Shown one piece after another: positions 1 through 11,393 of a stretch of 54,912 nt of DNA. The notes beneath the pieces are model-generated. The model saw only the letters and a list, made by a program, of their open reading frames with translations, made no database searches and was not told the origin of the DNA. Each line of letters begins with the position of its first letter. Position 1 is the stretch's first letter. Source of the stretch: Octopus bimaculoides (lineage: Eukaryota); assembly GCF_001194135.2 (NCBI RefSeq), contig NC_068985.1, forward strand, positions 100,642,592 through 100,697,503, in the 5' to 3' direction. The translations under genes and the position numbers were made by a program.

Positions 1-69
1 GTGTGTGTGTGTGTGTGTTTTGCAAGATTTTTTATCTGAAATCGTGTGTTGAAACGGATATTGTTTTAT

Positions 70-126
70 TTGGGGATGGTCATGTTGCCAGTTTAGCCAA
101 TAAGCTGGCAACATGACCATCCCCAA
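70..126. repeat. Perfect 22-bp inverted repeat (hairpin)
   Basis: TTGGGGATGGTCATGTTGCCAG (70-91) and its exact reverse complement CTGGCAACATGACCATCCCCAA (105-126), 13-nt spacer. Confidence 0.95.
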
Positions 127-134
127 TACAAGAT

Positions 135-276
135 GTCTACCAAACCTAGTCACTACTCTTTCGTGGTCCCGAGGCTATAGCAGAAGACACTTGCCCAAGG
201 TTCCACATAGTGGGGCTGAACCCGGAACCATGTGGTTGGGAATCAAGCTTCTTACTACACAGACAAATGGGCATGC
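135..276 (-). mobile_element. tRNA-derived SINE family B, 5' part
   Basis: Minus strand reads TGTGTAGTAAGAAGCTTGATTCCCAACCACATGGTTCCGGGTTCAGCCCCACT...CCTTGGGCAAGTGTCTTCT with A/B-box-like motifs; same family recurs at 44425, 49178 and 49532. Confidence 0.8.
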
Positions 277-2635
277 AAGTACGCGTATATATATGTTTAT
301 ATGTGAGTTTATACTCGATTGGCTTGTTTGTATCATGTGTTTTAGAGTCGTCTAATTTTCCTGGTGTTCGAATCAATGGAATCCGTTCGTGCTGTTTCCT
401 ACTTATAAATGTAAGTCATCATTGAAGCATGATTTCGACTAAGATAAAATGTGATCACCTAGCTTTTACCACTGATCGTACAAAATCGTACACGAATTAT
501 TTGGCACATCTTATGACCTTGAGAATGTGTTTTATTTTCTTAGTAAAGTTAATATGAGTATAGTTATATCGTAATATGTAGATTTCATTATGTAATAAAC
601 TTTGCTATAGAGTGAATATTTTAAAATCTTCATAACAATAAAACAAGCGTTATATTCAACACTTTCACACTTCCATTAAAATATGCACGCTCAAATCATC
701 AACCGCCGTTTCATCCATCAGAAAATTAATTTGCATTTTTGACGTTCAAACAATGGATATATTCGTTTAATTTCTTGGCTCGAGAGATTGAATTGTAGAA
801 CAAAACTGTTATTTGCAGAACTTATAATTATTTAAAAATTTCGCAATTATATATGTTCGAATATGTGCTGATTCTGCGGAATATCGCATTCAAATAATCA
901 TAGAATGACATAAAATTTAATAAATATTCAATAATTTGTTCTAAATTCTTTATGTAATCTCGTCAGGAACGTCATTGAATATTCAAATCTCTGCATCAAG
1001 TTGGATTTGCTTCCATGCGCTTGTAGCTGTACAGTCATTGCCTGTGGATTTTCTTTGAAATGCAAAGCTAGATTAGACATACCAGAACATTTTAATCGAT
1101 AAACTCTAATCGTGTGCATTAAAGATAGTATCCCTGCACAACTGGTATGATAATTCCAATTGATTTGAAAATTAACGACCGGAAATATATATCTAACGAC
1201 AATTAATAAAGTTTAAAACCAAGGAAGCTATTTCAAATTATGCTGTTTTAAAGTAGGCAGTTAGCAAGTGTAAGCACTAACAATTATAATATGTTTCCTT
1301 CTTAAGAAGAAGAAGAAAAACTCCTACAAATAACGTCTAAATCACGTTTTGCACCAAATATCATATCTTAAGAAGAACCTCACATATGTGTTAAGACATA
1401 ACCAAATATCTTACCGTGCGGAAAATCTCACGTATGTAATAAGTTCACATAGCAATGACCACACACTCCAATAAGCAATTCATGCAATAAAATTAATTTA
1501 ATGAATTTGTAAAAAAAAAGCATATTAATAACTATAAACTAACACATTAATATTAAAATTGACTACATATAATAACTAATAAATAAAATTTTTCATAAAC
1601 ATATGATAAACACATTATTAAATGTGATTTGCACAAAATATATTATCTTACGAATAACGTCATAGATGAATTTTGCCTCAGTATAAGACAGGCTGGTAAT
1701 CGTTCGTAATTTGTTCAGGAGAAATGTGTTTGTAGAAAACGAAAAAGAAAATTGTATATCTAGCTATGTAGATAAGTGTAAAGAATAAACGCAAATATAA
1801 TAGTATGTAAAATCTTAGAAAAAAAGCAGAAGAGATGACATCCATCAAACATATTAGGTAAAGAAAACATTATTAGAGTGTACAGTTATGAAATATGTAC
1901 AACAAAAACCATAAGAAAATATACAATTATTTAACAGACTCATCGTAATGTATATAAAAATGAAACCAAAATATGACATTACTTAGGTATATAACACCTC
2001 CACTCTAACGTGACAAAAACAAACCAGATCCGTGAAAAACATGATATGAAGTTAGTCTAATGCAAGTTGACGTAACCTACATTAAACATATTAAATCGAA
2101 ATGACAAACACTCAAATATTAAACAACAAGAAATTTGCTATACATAATAAGTAAAAATAACATTGAAGTAGAGTTGGAAGTAAAAAAAAAAATATATATT
2201 CAGACCATAGCTGCAAATATCACAAAGAACAAGAAGAAAATGACAATTGTGATATAATCACATGATTTCAAATTAAAAAAGAAGGAAACAAATGAACAAG
2301 AAATAAATATGTAGACAACGATATTTAAAGAAATAGTATACTATTCTGGAATAAAATTTTAGGAGGAAGAATGTTAAAAAAAAACAGAAGTAAAATAAAA
2401 GAATGAAAACATGTAACGTTGTCCAATAACAATCTGAAAATATGTCAGACGACATTATATGATAATAAGAAATCGCAATAATAATAACCTTAAAAATAAT
2501 CCTGCAACGTATCAACGCTGAAGACATAGACTCATATATTACAAAGAAATGCAGCAAAAACTTTAACGTAAAAAAGTCGAACTACGTTTTTTTTTTCAGA
2601 TATCACAGACAACATTTGTAAAATAAAATGATGCA

Positions 2636-3225
2636 ATATACATACATACATACATACAAACACACATACATAGACACATGCATACACACATTCATACATA
2701 GATTACATTTGCATATATGCATACATATTTATAAATGTATGTGTGCGTAATGNNNNNNNNNNNNNNNNNNNNNNNNNNNNNNNNNNNNNNNNNNNNNNNN
2801 NNNNNNNNNNNNNNNNNNNNNNNNNNNNNNNNNNNNNNNNNNNNNNNNNNNNNNNNNNNNNNNNNNNNNNNNNNNNNNNNNNNNNNNNNNNNNNNNNNNN
2901 NNNNNNNNNNNNNNNNNNNNNNNNNNNNNNNNNNNNNNNNNNNNNNNNNNNNNNNNNNNNNNNNNNNNNNNNNNNNNNNNNNNNNNNNNNNNNNNNNNNN
3001 NNNNNNNNNNNNNNNNNNNNNNNNNNNNNNNNNNNNNNNNNNNNNNNNNNNNNNNNNNNNNNNNNNNNNNNNNNNNNNNNNNNNNNNNNNNNNNNNNNNN
3101 NNNNNNNNNNNNNNNNTATACATATATATATATATAATTTATACATATATATACATGTGTGTGTGTGCTTGTGTGTGTGTGTGTGTATGTGTGTGCTTGT
3201 GTGTGTGAGTGTGTGCATGTGTGTG
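2636..3225. repeat. (CATA/CA/TA/GT)n microsatellite cluster spanning assembly gap 2753-3116
   Basis: Direct reading of simple repeats either side of the N-run. Confidence 0.9.
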
Positions 3226-4009
3226 TATAGTAGGTACGTGTATTTATGCACACAACCTCCGTAAATCACAAATGAAGTATATTTGCATAATATATAACCA
3301 AATTATGATTTAAATAACAATAAGAATGAAAATTTTATTCCTATACTATTAACATGATAAAAAAGTAGGACGGAATCTCGCGCCCATTGTTTTACAGTTT
3401 GTTGACCATCCAACTGAGAAGATATCCCCACCTTCTTTTCCCAATCAATAGCATAAACTGACTCCTTATATTGCTGCCATGTTCACTGTCACTGTAAAAA
3501 CCTAAACGGTTAGGGGCTATGGGAATTTAGATACGATTTAGAAGTAAAAGACTTAAATTATGTAGCTACATACCATTCACTATAAACCGATTGCATGGAT
3601 TATTACCTGAGTATATAATAGATGCACAGATGTATACGTACCTATAGGATTGCTATATGAAAATATGCGGCTTTTTCGTAATCTACTAAATCTGTTCAAT
3701 CCCTGCTTTGCTCTTTCTACCTTCAATATTTCTTCTGCATCGATCCCAATAACCGCACATCTTCAATCTAAATTCTATCTAAAATCAAATATGGAGCGCT
3801 TCTTTCGTAATTAATATTAAATCTACAATTTTAAGCTCTCACGTCTAAGCTGATTTTTACTGGACTTCTCTCCATAAAACATACAGTGCTTAAAACAAAT
3901 GGCGAATCCTACATTCTATACTTTGAATAAGTCATAGATCAAGAAAACGTCTTACGTTAATGTGAAATGAATTGTATGGATGAATGTTTATATTTGTATA
4001 TTAGACTCT

Positions 4010-4090
4010 CTATGTGCACGTGTGTGTGTATGTGTGGTGTGTATGTGTGTCTATGTGTGTGTGTGTGTGTGTGTGTGCGTGTGTGTGCTG
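4010..4090. repeat. (GT)n microsatellite
   Basis: Direct reading. Confidence 0.9.
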
Positions 4091-4477
4091 ATATAGGCTG
4101 TGCAAGCGTATTGCATTCAAGTAAATATTGATGGATATAGATGTACAATGATACTGCTTTAAATGGTAACAATGTAGTTTAACAAAATTATATTCACAAT
4201 AGACTGAAAATGCATGAAATAATTACATAATCATATATTAAATTATATAATATTTTAATGACTTACTAAACATACTCATTAAGAGTTAATATTAGATTTA
4301 GTACAATATTTAATATACATTTAGCAAATCACTAATGAATACTTTTTTGTAACAGAATTTCCTGTAATGAAATTATGTACAAAATGTTATCAAAGTGAGT
4401 GGAAGTATAAAAGGCAAATTGAGTATTTAGAAATATTTCAATTTGCCGTTCACAGATATTTTATAATGCAGCTGATG

Positions 4478-4480
4478 TAC

Positions 4481-4515
<35 letters not shown>

Positions 4516-4982
4516 CACACATTTGTGTGTGTGTTAGTTGTTAGGGTGTATGCGTTTATGTATTTATATGAATATATTTATCTGTCTGTCTGTCTCTCTC
4601 TATATATAATATAAAGTGTATGTATATATATCCACACACAGTACATGTACATATATTTTTATATATCTATACATATATATGCATATGTGTGCGTAAGTAT
4701 ATATAAATATGATATACATACATTCATACATACATATATACATACATACATACATACATANNNNNNNNNNNNNNNNNNNNNNNNNNNNNNNNNNNNNNNN
4801 NNNNNNNNNNNNNNNNNNNNNNNNNNNNNNNNNNNNNNNNNNNNNNNNNNNNNNNNNNNNNNNNNNNNNNNNNNNNNNNNNNNNNNNNNNNNNNNNNNNN
4901 NNNNNNNNNNNNNNNNNNNNNNNNNNNNNNNNNNNNNNNNNNNNNNNNNNNNNNNNNNNNNNNNNNNNNNNNNTATATATAT
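4478..4982. repeat. (CA)n, (TA)n, (CATA)n cluster with gap 4761-4973
   Basis: Direct reading. Confidence 0.9.
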
Positions 4983-5580
4983 GAAGCTTTGATAGATTTA
5001 GACAATTGTGAGTTAGATATTTCCAGTTCTCGTAATAATTTGTTTCGATCATTGGTTAATTTATCCTAATATAAATATGATTATGCAATAATTGTCCAGC
5101 TTATATGCATGTAAACATTTACCCATATATATATAATTTTGTAGTAATGCCTCACGCTTCGAGGGACTAAATAAGTCAAAAACTACCAAAAAATAAGCAA
5201 CATATTTACTGAAAGCGAGGGAATGCAGCTTTCAAAATGTATCTCTTAAAAACATTTAACTTAACGGTAAACCACTGGTTTCTCAATCAAATACAGAAAA
5301 AAACTGTGAAGTAATCTGCATCTTTTGTTCATCAGTACACGTATGGTCGAGACACATAAAAATAAACAAGAATCAACATACCACGATGTAGCCACCACAG
5401 AACGATTACTTCTGTTCATAATTATATATCCATGAGAGAGATTTGAATTTATCCGGTTGCATCTCAGTAACATGTGCTTATACAGAATAATATTCATCAC
5501 TGAATATATTCTACTTATTTATAATATAATATAGGATAAATTCTTTATAAGAATTTATCAAGTAGTCAGCGTGAAAAAAA

Positions 5581-6015
5581 NNNNNNNNNNNNNNNNNNNN
5601 NNNNNNNNNNNNNNNNNNNNNNNNNNNNNNNNNNNNNNNNNNNNNNNNNNNNNNNNNNNNNNNNNNNNNNNNNNNNNNNNNNNNNNNNNNNNNNNNNNNN
5701 NNNNNNNNNNNNNNNNNNNNNNNNNNNNNNNNNNNNNNNNNNNNNNNNNNNNNNNNNNNNNNNNNNNNNNNNNNNNNNNNNNNNNNNNNNNNNNNNNNNN
5801 NNNNNNNNNNNNNNNNNNNNNNNNNNNNNNNNNNNNNNNNNNNNNNNNNNNNNNNNNNNNNNNNNNNNNNNNNNNNNNNNNNNNNNNNNNNNNNNNNNNN
5901 NNNNNNNNNNNNNNNNNNNNNNNNNNNNNNNNNNNNNNNNNNNNNNNNNNNNNNNNNNNNNNNNNNNNNNNNNNNNNNNNNNNNNNNNNNNNNNNNNNNN
6001 NNNNNNNNNNNNNNN
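5581..6015. other. Assembly gap (N-run)
   Basis: 435 N; the only long gap not flanked by a tandem repeat (preceded by an A-run). Confidence 0.99.
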
Positions 6016-6039
6016 TTCCGATCTTCTATACACCGATTT

Positions 6040-6648
6040 GTGTATGACTATAAAGCTACAACTATTTTCGTTTAATCTATAAGTTATGTTGTGATTTTAA
6101 ACACAGTGTTGACTCGAAGAGTTTCGTATATTCTGGTGAATTATTCTTCAACTTACTACAAAAGAAGACTGGCTTTCAAAGTAGAGGCCATTACGTTGCA
6201 CTGTTTGAAGCCATCTTTCTGCCAGGTCTTCGATCCCAAGTTGATAACAGTTCTTCTTCGAGGCAAAGAACTTCTTCAATGAAGATTCCACCTCCTCTTG
6301 GTTAATGAAGCAACGTGAGCGCAGTGACGTGAGCCGGCGATCGGAAGAAATAAAACACCGAGGGAGCCAGGTCCGGCCTATATGCTGTGTGTGTCATCAG
6401 TTCGATTGTCTGCAGTTCCTGGAGTAACTCCGGAACATTCAAGCGGTATGAGGGCTGGCAATGCTTGCTGTGGAAGCTCTCGCATTCCGGTGAACATTAG
6501 CAGATTTCTGTACCGTGCAATGACATACAATCGCGTTAGGCCTTCGGAGTAAAGGTTGGATCGATGGTACAACCGTCCATAACGAATTCATAGCGAATTA
6601 TCACCTCATATTTCAAAGAAGATGCAGAGAATCCGCTTCACCTTCTGT
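6040..6648 (-). pseudogene. Mariner (Tc1/mariner superfamily) transposase remnant, C-terminal half, frameshifted
   Basis: Minus-strand translation across frameshifts gives VIIRYEF..NLYSEGLTRLY...PHTA...LQELQTIELMTHTAYRPDLAPSVFYFFRS...EDLAERWLQTVQRNGLYFE; YRPDLAPS matches the mariner YSPDLAPSD motif. Outer boundary approximate. Confidence 0.85.
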
Positions 6649-6651
6649 TCG

Positions 6652-7015
6652 ACACGCCCATGCTTAGCGAAATGTTCCGGAAACTAACAGTAGCTTAACT
6701 ACTGCTTACGCACGTTAGGATTGCGAGATATTATGTCCATCCCGTTATTATTTCTTCCGATCTGTGACTCACTTCCTGCGTTCCCGATGCATCATCCACC
6801 AAGAGGATGTGGAAGCTTCGTGAAGGAGTTGTTCACCTCAAAGAGCAAACCCTCGTATTAGCGTAGAATTAAAGATATGGTACAAACGTGGGTTCAAACG
6901 GCGCAACCCGATGGCGATTGCTTTGTATGCTAAGCTGCCTTCGTTGTAAGTTGACGAAGAAAACCAAGCCAATAAGATACCAAAATAGTGCAAACTTTTT
7001 CACTTAGCACAATTA
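6652..7015 (+). pseudogene. Second mariner transposase remnant (C-terminus plus putative 3' end), inverted relative to the first
   Basis: Plus strand gives LCPSRYYFFRSVTHFLRSR..HQEDVEAS / VKELFTSK...WVQTAQPDGDCF; nucleotide-alignable to the reverse complement of about 6130-6470. Confidence 0.8.
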
Positions 7016-7529
7016 ATGAACGAAACTTAACAAGAGCTTACACATGTAAAAGGGACCCATTTACTTTCACTCATCGACACGTCAGTATTGGTGTATGCTT
7101 TGGATTGGAGGATGTTGCAATAAGACTAGCGAAGATTCGACAGGATACATCACATCTCATCTAATTATAAGTATATGCACCTAGGATTACAACAAATCAA
7201 AGAAACATTTCTGAGTAATAAATACCTGAGAGGTCAGAAAGAGATAACATACACATACACAGATATAATATGATACAAAGACACTCACACATACATATAT
7301 GCACACGTATGCATGAACACTCACACACATACACATACACACGTATATATACACAATTAGCTCACAATGTCTTATATGACAAACGTTTGTTTCTGTTAAC
7401 ATTCACTACACAATTTACTGGCGAAAAGACATTATTGCTACAGGCAAGCCAATAGAAAGTATTCATTCTGGTACATCTAGGTGCAAACTAGCTCAAAGCA
7501 GAAATGTGCGAAAGGAGCGGTGTTATATC

Positions 7530-7755
7530 AAACTATGCTAAAATTATATTTACACCCACTGAAACCCCGTAATTCTCTGAACGTAGAATTATATAGGGTC
7601 ATTATAAGCATTGAAAGAGATGTCGTAAGTCCGCATGACTGTATTTTGTAATTCATCGAAGCAAAATATATAACACTGACTACCTGACTTGTTTTGGAGA
7701 ATTTGTAATTGCTTCCTCCAGGGTCATATGCCAATAATGATCATATTCGTCGCAA
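7530..7755 (-). mobile_element. Helitron Rep-Hel coding remnant
   Basis: Minus frame DEYDHYWHMTLEEAITNSPKQVR*SVLYILL resembles the Helitron segment LLEDD.HW..TLEEA...SP.QLR.LFAILL; recalled similarity, not searched. Confidence 0.5.
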
Positions 7756-8040
7756 AATATCATGTAAAAAACAAAAGAATCGTGGAAAACAATCGCAGTA
7801 ATGAAAACATAGCAATCCAAAATTTCAGGATTGCAGGTCCGGTCTGGAATGTTTTTAATTTACTCACAGAGTTAGCCTTTAGTTTATAAAATTGTTATGT
7901 TACAAAAAAATTGTCGCAAAATGTCACCTAAGAAAATCGCCGGAAACAATTACAGTAATGAAAGCTTGGGAATCCAAAATTACAGCATTGTGGTCCGGAT
8001 TCGCACCAGAATAATTTTCATTTACTCACATAGTCAGCCT
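7746..8040 (+). repeat. Diverged tandem duplication, about 165-bp period, 2 copies
   Basis: TCGCAAAATATCA..AACAATCGCAGTAATGAAA..AATCCAAAATT..GGTCCGG..TTTACTCACA..AGCCT recurs from about 7912 as TCGCAAAATGTCA..AACAATTACAGTAATGAAA..AATCCAAAATT..GGTCCGG..TTTACTCACA..AGCCT. Confidence 0.8.
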
Positions 8041-8156
8041 GATTCCAAAATGGTTTGATATGTTGGGCTACAGTCCCTAGGAGTAAATCTGAAAAAGTGT
8101 GATACACTGACATTCACATTTATTATATCATTATATTATATTATCATACTATATTA

Positions 8157-8334
8157 GGACAGCGAGCTGTCACAATCGTTAGCACGTCGGGCGATAAAGC
8201 TTATCGGTATTTCGCCTGCCGTTAGGTTGTGAGTTCGAATTCCACCAAAGTCGACTTTACTTTTCATCCTTTTGGGGCGATAAAGTTAGTATCAGTTGCT
8301 TATTGGAATCGATGTAGAATGGATTTATTAAAGT
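8157..8334 (+). mobile_element. tRNA-derived SINE family A, flanked by 39-bp direct repeat
   Basis: GCGAGCTGTCACAATCGTTAGCACG...GTGAGTTCGAATTCC (B box)...CTTTTCATCCTTTTGGGGCGATAAAGTTAGTATCAGT; flanking repeat at 8090-8128 and 8335-8373 (1 mismatch). Confidence 0.85.
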
Positions 8335-8607
8335 TGAAAAAGTGTGACACACTGACATTCACATTTATTATATTAGATATGTTTAATTTTGGAGGAAACT
8401 TTATTTCAATTAAAGTGTATTGCATATGTAAGTGTGTGTATAGATATTTATTAAAGAAGGCAACACACAAAACAAAAAAAATAATGTTCAGTATGTTGGT
8501 CAAAGGAATTTCTGTCAAAGAGACATGGTTAAACAAAGTTGTAAATCATCTCACTCATTCTCTCATATATCCACACTTTCTGTATCTTTTCTTATTATCT
8601 AGATAGA

Positions 8608-8770
8608 TTATTATTTGTTTCTTTATTGCACACGGGGGACTAAACGTAGAGGGGACAAATAAGACAGAGAAAGGGATTAAGTCGATTAAATCAACCGCAG
8701 TGCGTAAGTGGTACTTATTTACGGCAGACGAAATACCGCTAAGCATTTCGCCCGGCGTGCTAACGCTTCT
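8608..8770 (-). mobile_element. SINE family A, internally deleted copy (downstream unit of a dimer)
   Basis: Same head and tail as 8771-9002 but lacks about 60 nt including the B box. Confidence 0.85.
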
Positions 8771-9002
8771 TATTTCTTTATTGCCCACAAGGGGCTAAAC
8801 ATAGAGGGGACAAACAAGGACAGACAAAGCGATTAAGTTGATTACATCGACTCCAGTCCGTAACTGGTACTTAATTTATCGACCTCGAAAGGATGAAAGG
8901 CAAAGTCGACCTCGGTGGAATTTGAACTCAGAATGTAACGGCAGACGAAATACCGCTAAGCATTTCACCCGGCGTGCTAACTTTTCTGCCAGCTTACCAC
9001 CT
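8771..9002 (-). mobile_element. SINE family A, near full length
   Basis: Reverse complement: GGTGGTAAGCTGGCAGAAAAGTTAGCACGCCGGGTGAAATGCTTAGCGGTATTTCGTCTGCCGTTACATTCTGAGTTCAAATTCCACCGAGGTCGACTTTGCCTTTCATCCTTTCGAGGTCGATAAATTAAGTACCAGT. Confidence 0.9.
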
Positions 9003-9019
9003 TCACGTAGGGATGGATA

Positions 9020-9560
9020 TGCAACTGTGGACGATGCAAAGACACAAGGAAATGATTGATTCGTCGTTATGCTAATTTTGCCTCTTGAAGCAGTGAATAA
9101 TTCTAAAAGTGCTTTACTCGTACATCGCAAAAACATGACAGAGTATTATATATGTACTAAACAGTATTCTGTAGTTCAAAATGAAATACGTCTGAAATAA
9201 TGTAAATGAAATGAATGCGTCAAATACATTGTTACAGTTATAATTTACAGGGGATATTGATTGTAACGATTGCAAAGTGTATCCGTAACCAGGAAAGAAC
9301 AAATATCTGATGCACAGCGTACAGAAAATATGACTCGTATAGCCGCAAATCCTTACATAAGTGGCATGTGTTACTGTATCCATTCACTTCACTGAGAAGT
9401 GTCGAACCATTTGTATTCCATACGATGAGTGAACGCTTAGCTGTAGGTGACATGGTATGGAATATATCCACTAGTAAGTTGGACAAATCTACCGAAATGA
9501 TCAAATTAATATCCAGCGTGGCTATTAATGTGTTTCGAGTCAGTGACTCCTTTGAAAATT
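9020..9560 (-). mobile_element. Possible older Helitron Rep-Hel remnant
   Basis: Minus frames give HTMSP, EVNG/VTHATY and WLRIHFAIVT in the order expected for Helitron TVSP...TVNG..HATYREAC...QLR.LFAII; similarity is weak. Confidence 0.3.
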
Positions 9561-10038
9561 GTTGCCAGCGAATTAATTCCTGGAGATATTATCTGCCTAG
9601 CTATAACACTGACAGGAACTCAATATAATTAATGCATTTAACCCTTTTAAGAGAAGTATAACTCATTCCTTACTGTTGTGCAAAGCGGTAAACCTACATT
9701 GTCGCTTGCTGTTTTCCGGCAGTTATTTTTGCAGCTATTATCCTTTACGGATAATTGAAATTTGTTTCCTTGCTCTCAGTATTCGTCATTCATTTGTTTG
9801 TCTCCGCTACATCGCAGATGAAATGTCTTCAGTTTCCTTCTTCATTCCTTAGGACACTGATCTACAATTCGTCCTCAATACAATTTCAGCCGTGTAGAAT
9901 GTTATAGATGTTGCTTCAAATACATGGCACCTCCTTATTAGAGGAAGTACCTTCGATAATTAGTATCCTTGTGTTCCAACTATTGTCGTCAGTTCTTTTT
10001 ATGTATTAATTACACATCCCACCAAGGAGCTATAATTT

Positions 10039-10200
10039 TGTTGTGGGGAATTAATAATAATGGTAAACCCCTCTCACGTGACGAATGAAATAACCTAGTC
10101 GCTATAAGTAAAGCCAAAATTAATTAAACCTACAAAGACAGCACGTGTTGTTACAGAAAAAAGGTTATATTTTTTCGTTGAAATCGGATGTAATGTAACA
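10039..10200 (+). repeat. 5' LTR (162 bp)
   Basis: Starts TGTTG, ends GTAACA; first 75 nt match 11394-11468 at 58/75 positions without gaps. Confidence 0.75.
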
Positions 10201-10227
10201 TTTTGAGGTCAAACGAAAACGGCAAAA

Positions 10228-11270
10228 ATACATATATTAAAATATTCACTTAATCTATTCGGCACAGAGTCGATTTAACTATTCAAACTGTGTGATACAC
10301 CCATAAGTGTTCTGTGTGGAAATATAGTTGGGTCAGTCAAATGTTCAAATGCAGCTGAGGGACCGAAACAAAAAATTGCAGTAAAATAGAGTGGAACACC
10401 TGTATGCAAGCCAAAACGAAATGAAACATTGCGTACGATAAAAAGTAAATATTGTTCGAAAGCAAATGTTCCGTGGTCGGGACTACACATGGATTTCGCT
10501 GGACTTTTAAATGGTTCTCACTACTTAGTTGTAGTTGATAGTTTCTCGAAATGGTCAGAAATTTGTAAGTGGAAAAAACCAACCTCTTCAAATGTGAGAA
10601 AATTTTTACACGAATTCTTTGCAAGATTTGGCATCCCAGACAAGATGGTGTCTGACAATGAAACGCAATTTAGTGTCTAGCGAATTTATAGAATTGTGTG
10701 AAACGTTCGCGGTAGAACGTGTAACTACTGCGCCATGCCATTCCAGATCTAACAGACAGGCAGAACGCTTTCTCGATACCTTCAAAAGAACCCTTAGAAA
10801 GTCGAATAAGGAAGTCACGAATGAGGTAGCTCTACAACAAATTTTAATAGTGTAATGTGTGACATCAAATCCGAATACACCAGCAGGTAGTTCACCAGCG
10901 GATCTGATGTTTGCAAGGGAAGTAACATCAGTTTTTGATAAATTGCTATCTAGCAAGAAAAAAAAGAAAAGACAGCAAGTTTCATCAAAGTTGATTGAAT
11001 GGTGTATATGAGGGCATACAAGAATAGAAAGCAGTGTTGGGAAGATGGTGTAATTACCAACTGCATAAGCAATTTGATGCTTTAGGTAAAAAGTAGAAAA
11101 GGCAAAGAGATACAGGAACCAAGTCAAAAAGAGATTTCTGAAAAGCAAATAAGCTCAAGGAACCGATGGGATATTTGTACGATACGCTCCAAGTTCCAGC
11201 GCCACTGCAGGTGATTGAACCCAGGCGTACAAGTGAGATGAGAAGAAAGCATTCAGAGTTTCCGAAAATA
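10228..11270 (+). pseudogene. pol: Gypsy pol remnant: protease-adjacent segment joined to integrase (RT/RNase H missing); stops and frameshifts
   Basis: NLFGTE..LFKLCDTPI and GTPVCKPKRN (segment that normally precedes RT), then PWSGLHMDFAGLLNGSHYLVVVDSFSKW...FARFGIPDKMVSDNETQF / HSRSNRQAERFLDTFKR...TSNPNTPAGSSPADLMFAR (rve integrase with D, D, E). Confidence 0.9.
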
Positions 11271-11393
11271 GATGCCAAATGCAAACGTATTAAAGTGTAG
11301 GAAAATAATTGCTCAAAAAAGGGAGATGGGATGAAAAGAAAAAAAATATTAGTTCAAAAAACGACACTCCTTAAGAAAATGCTAAAAGGGTAG

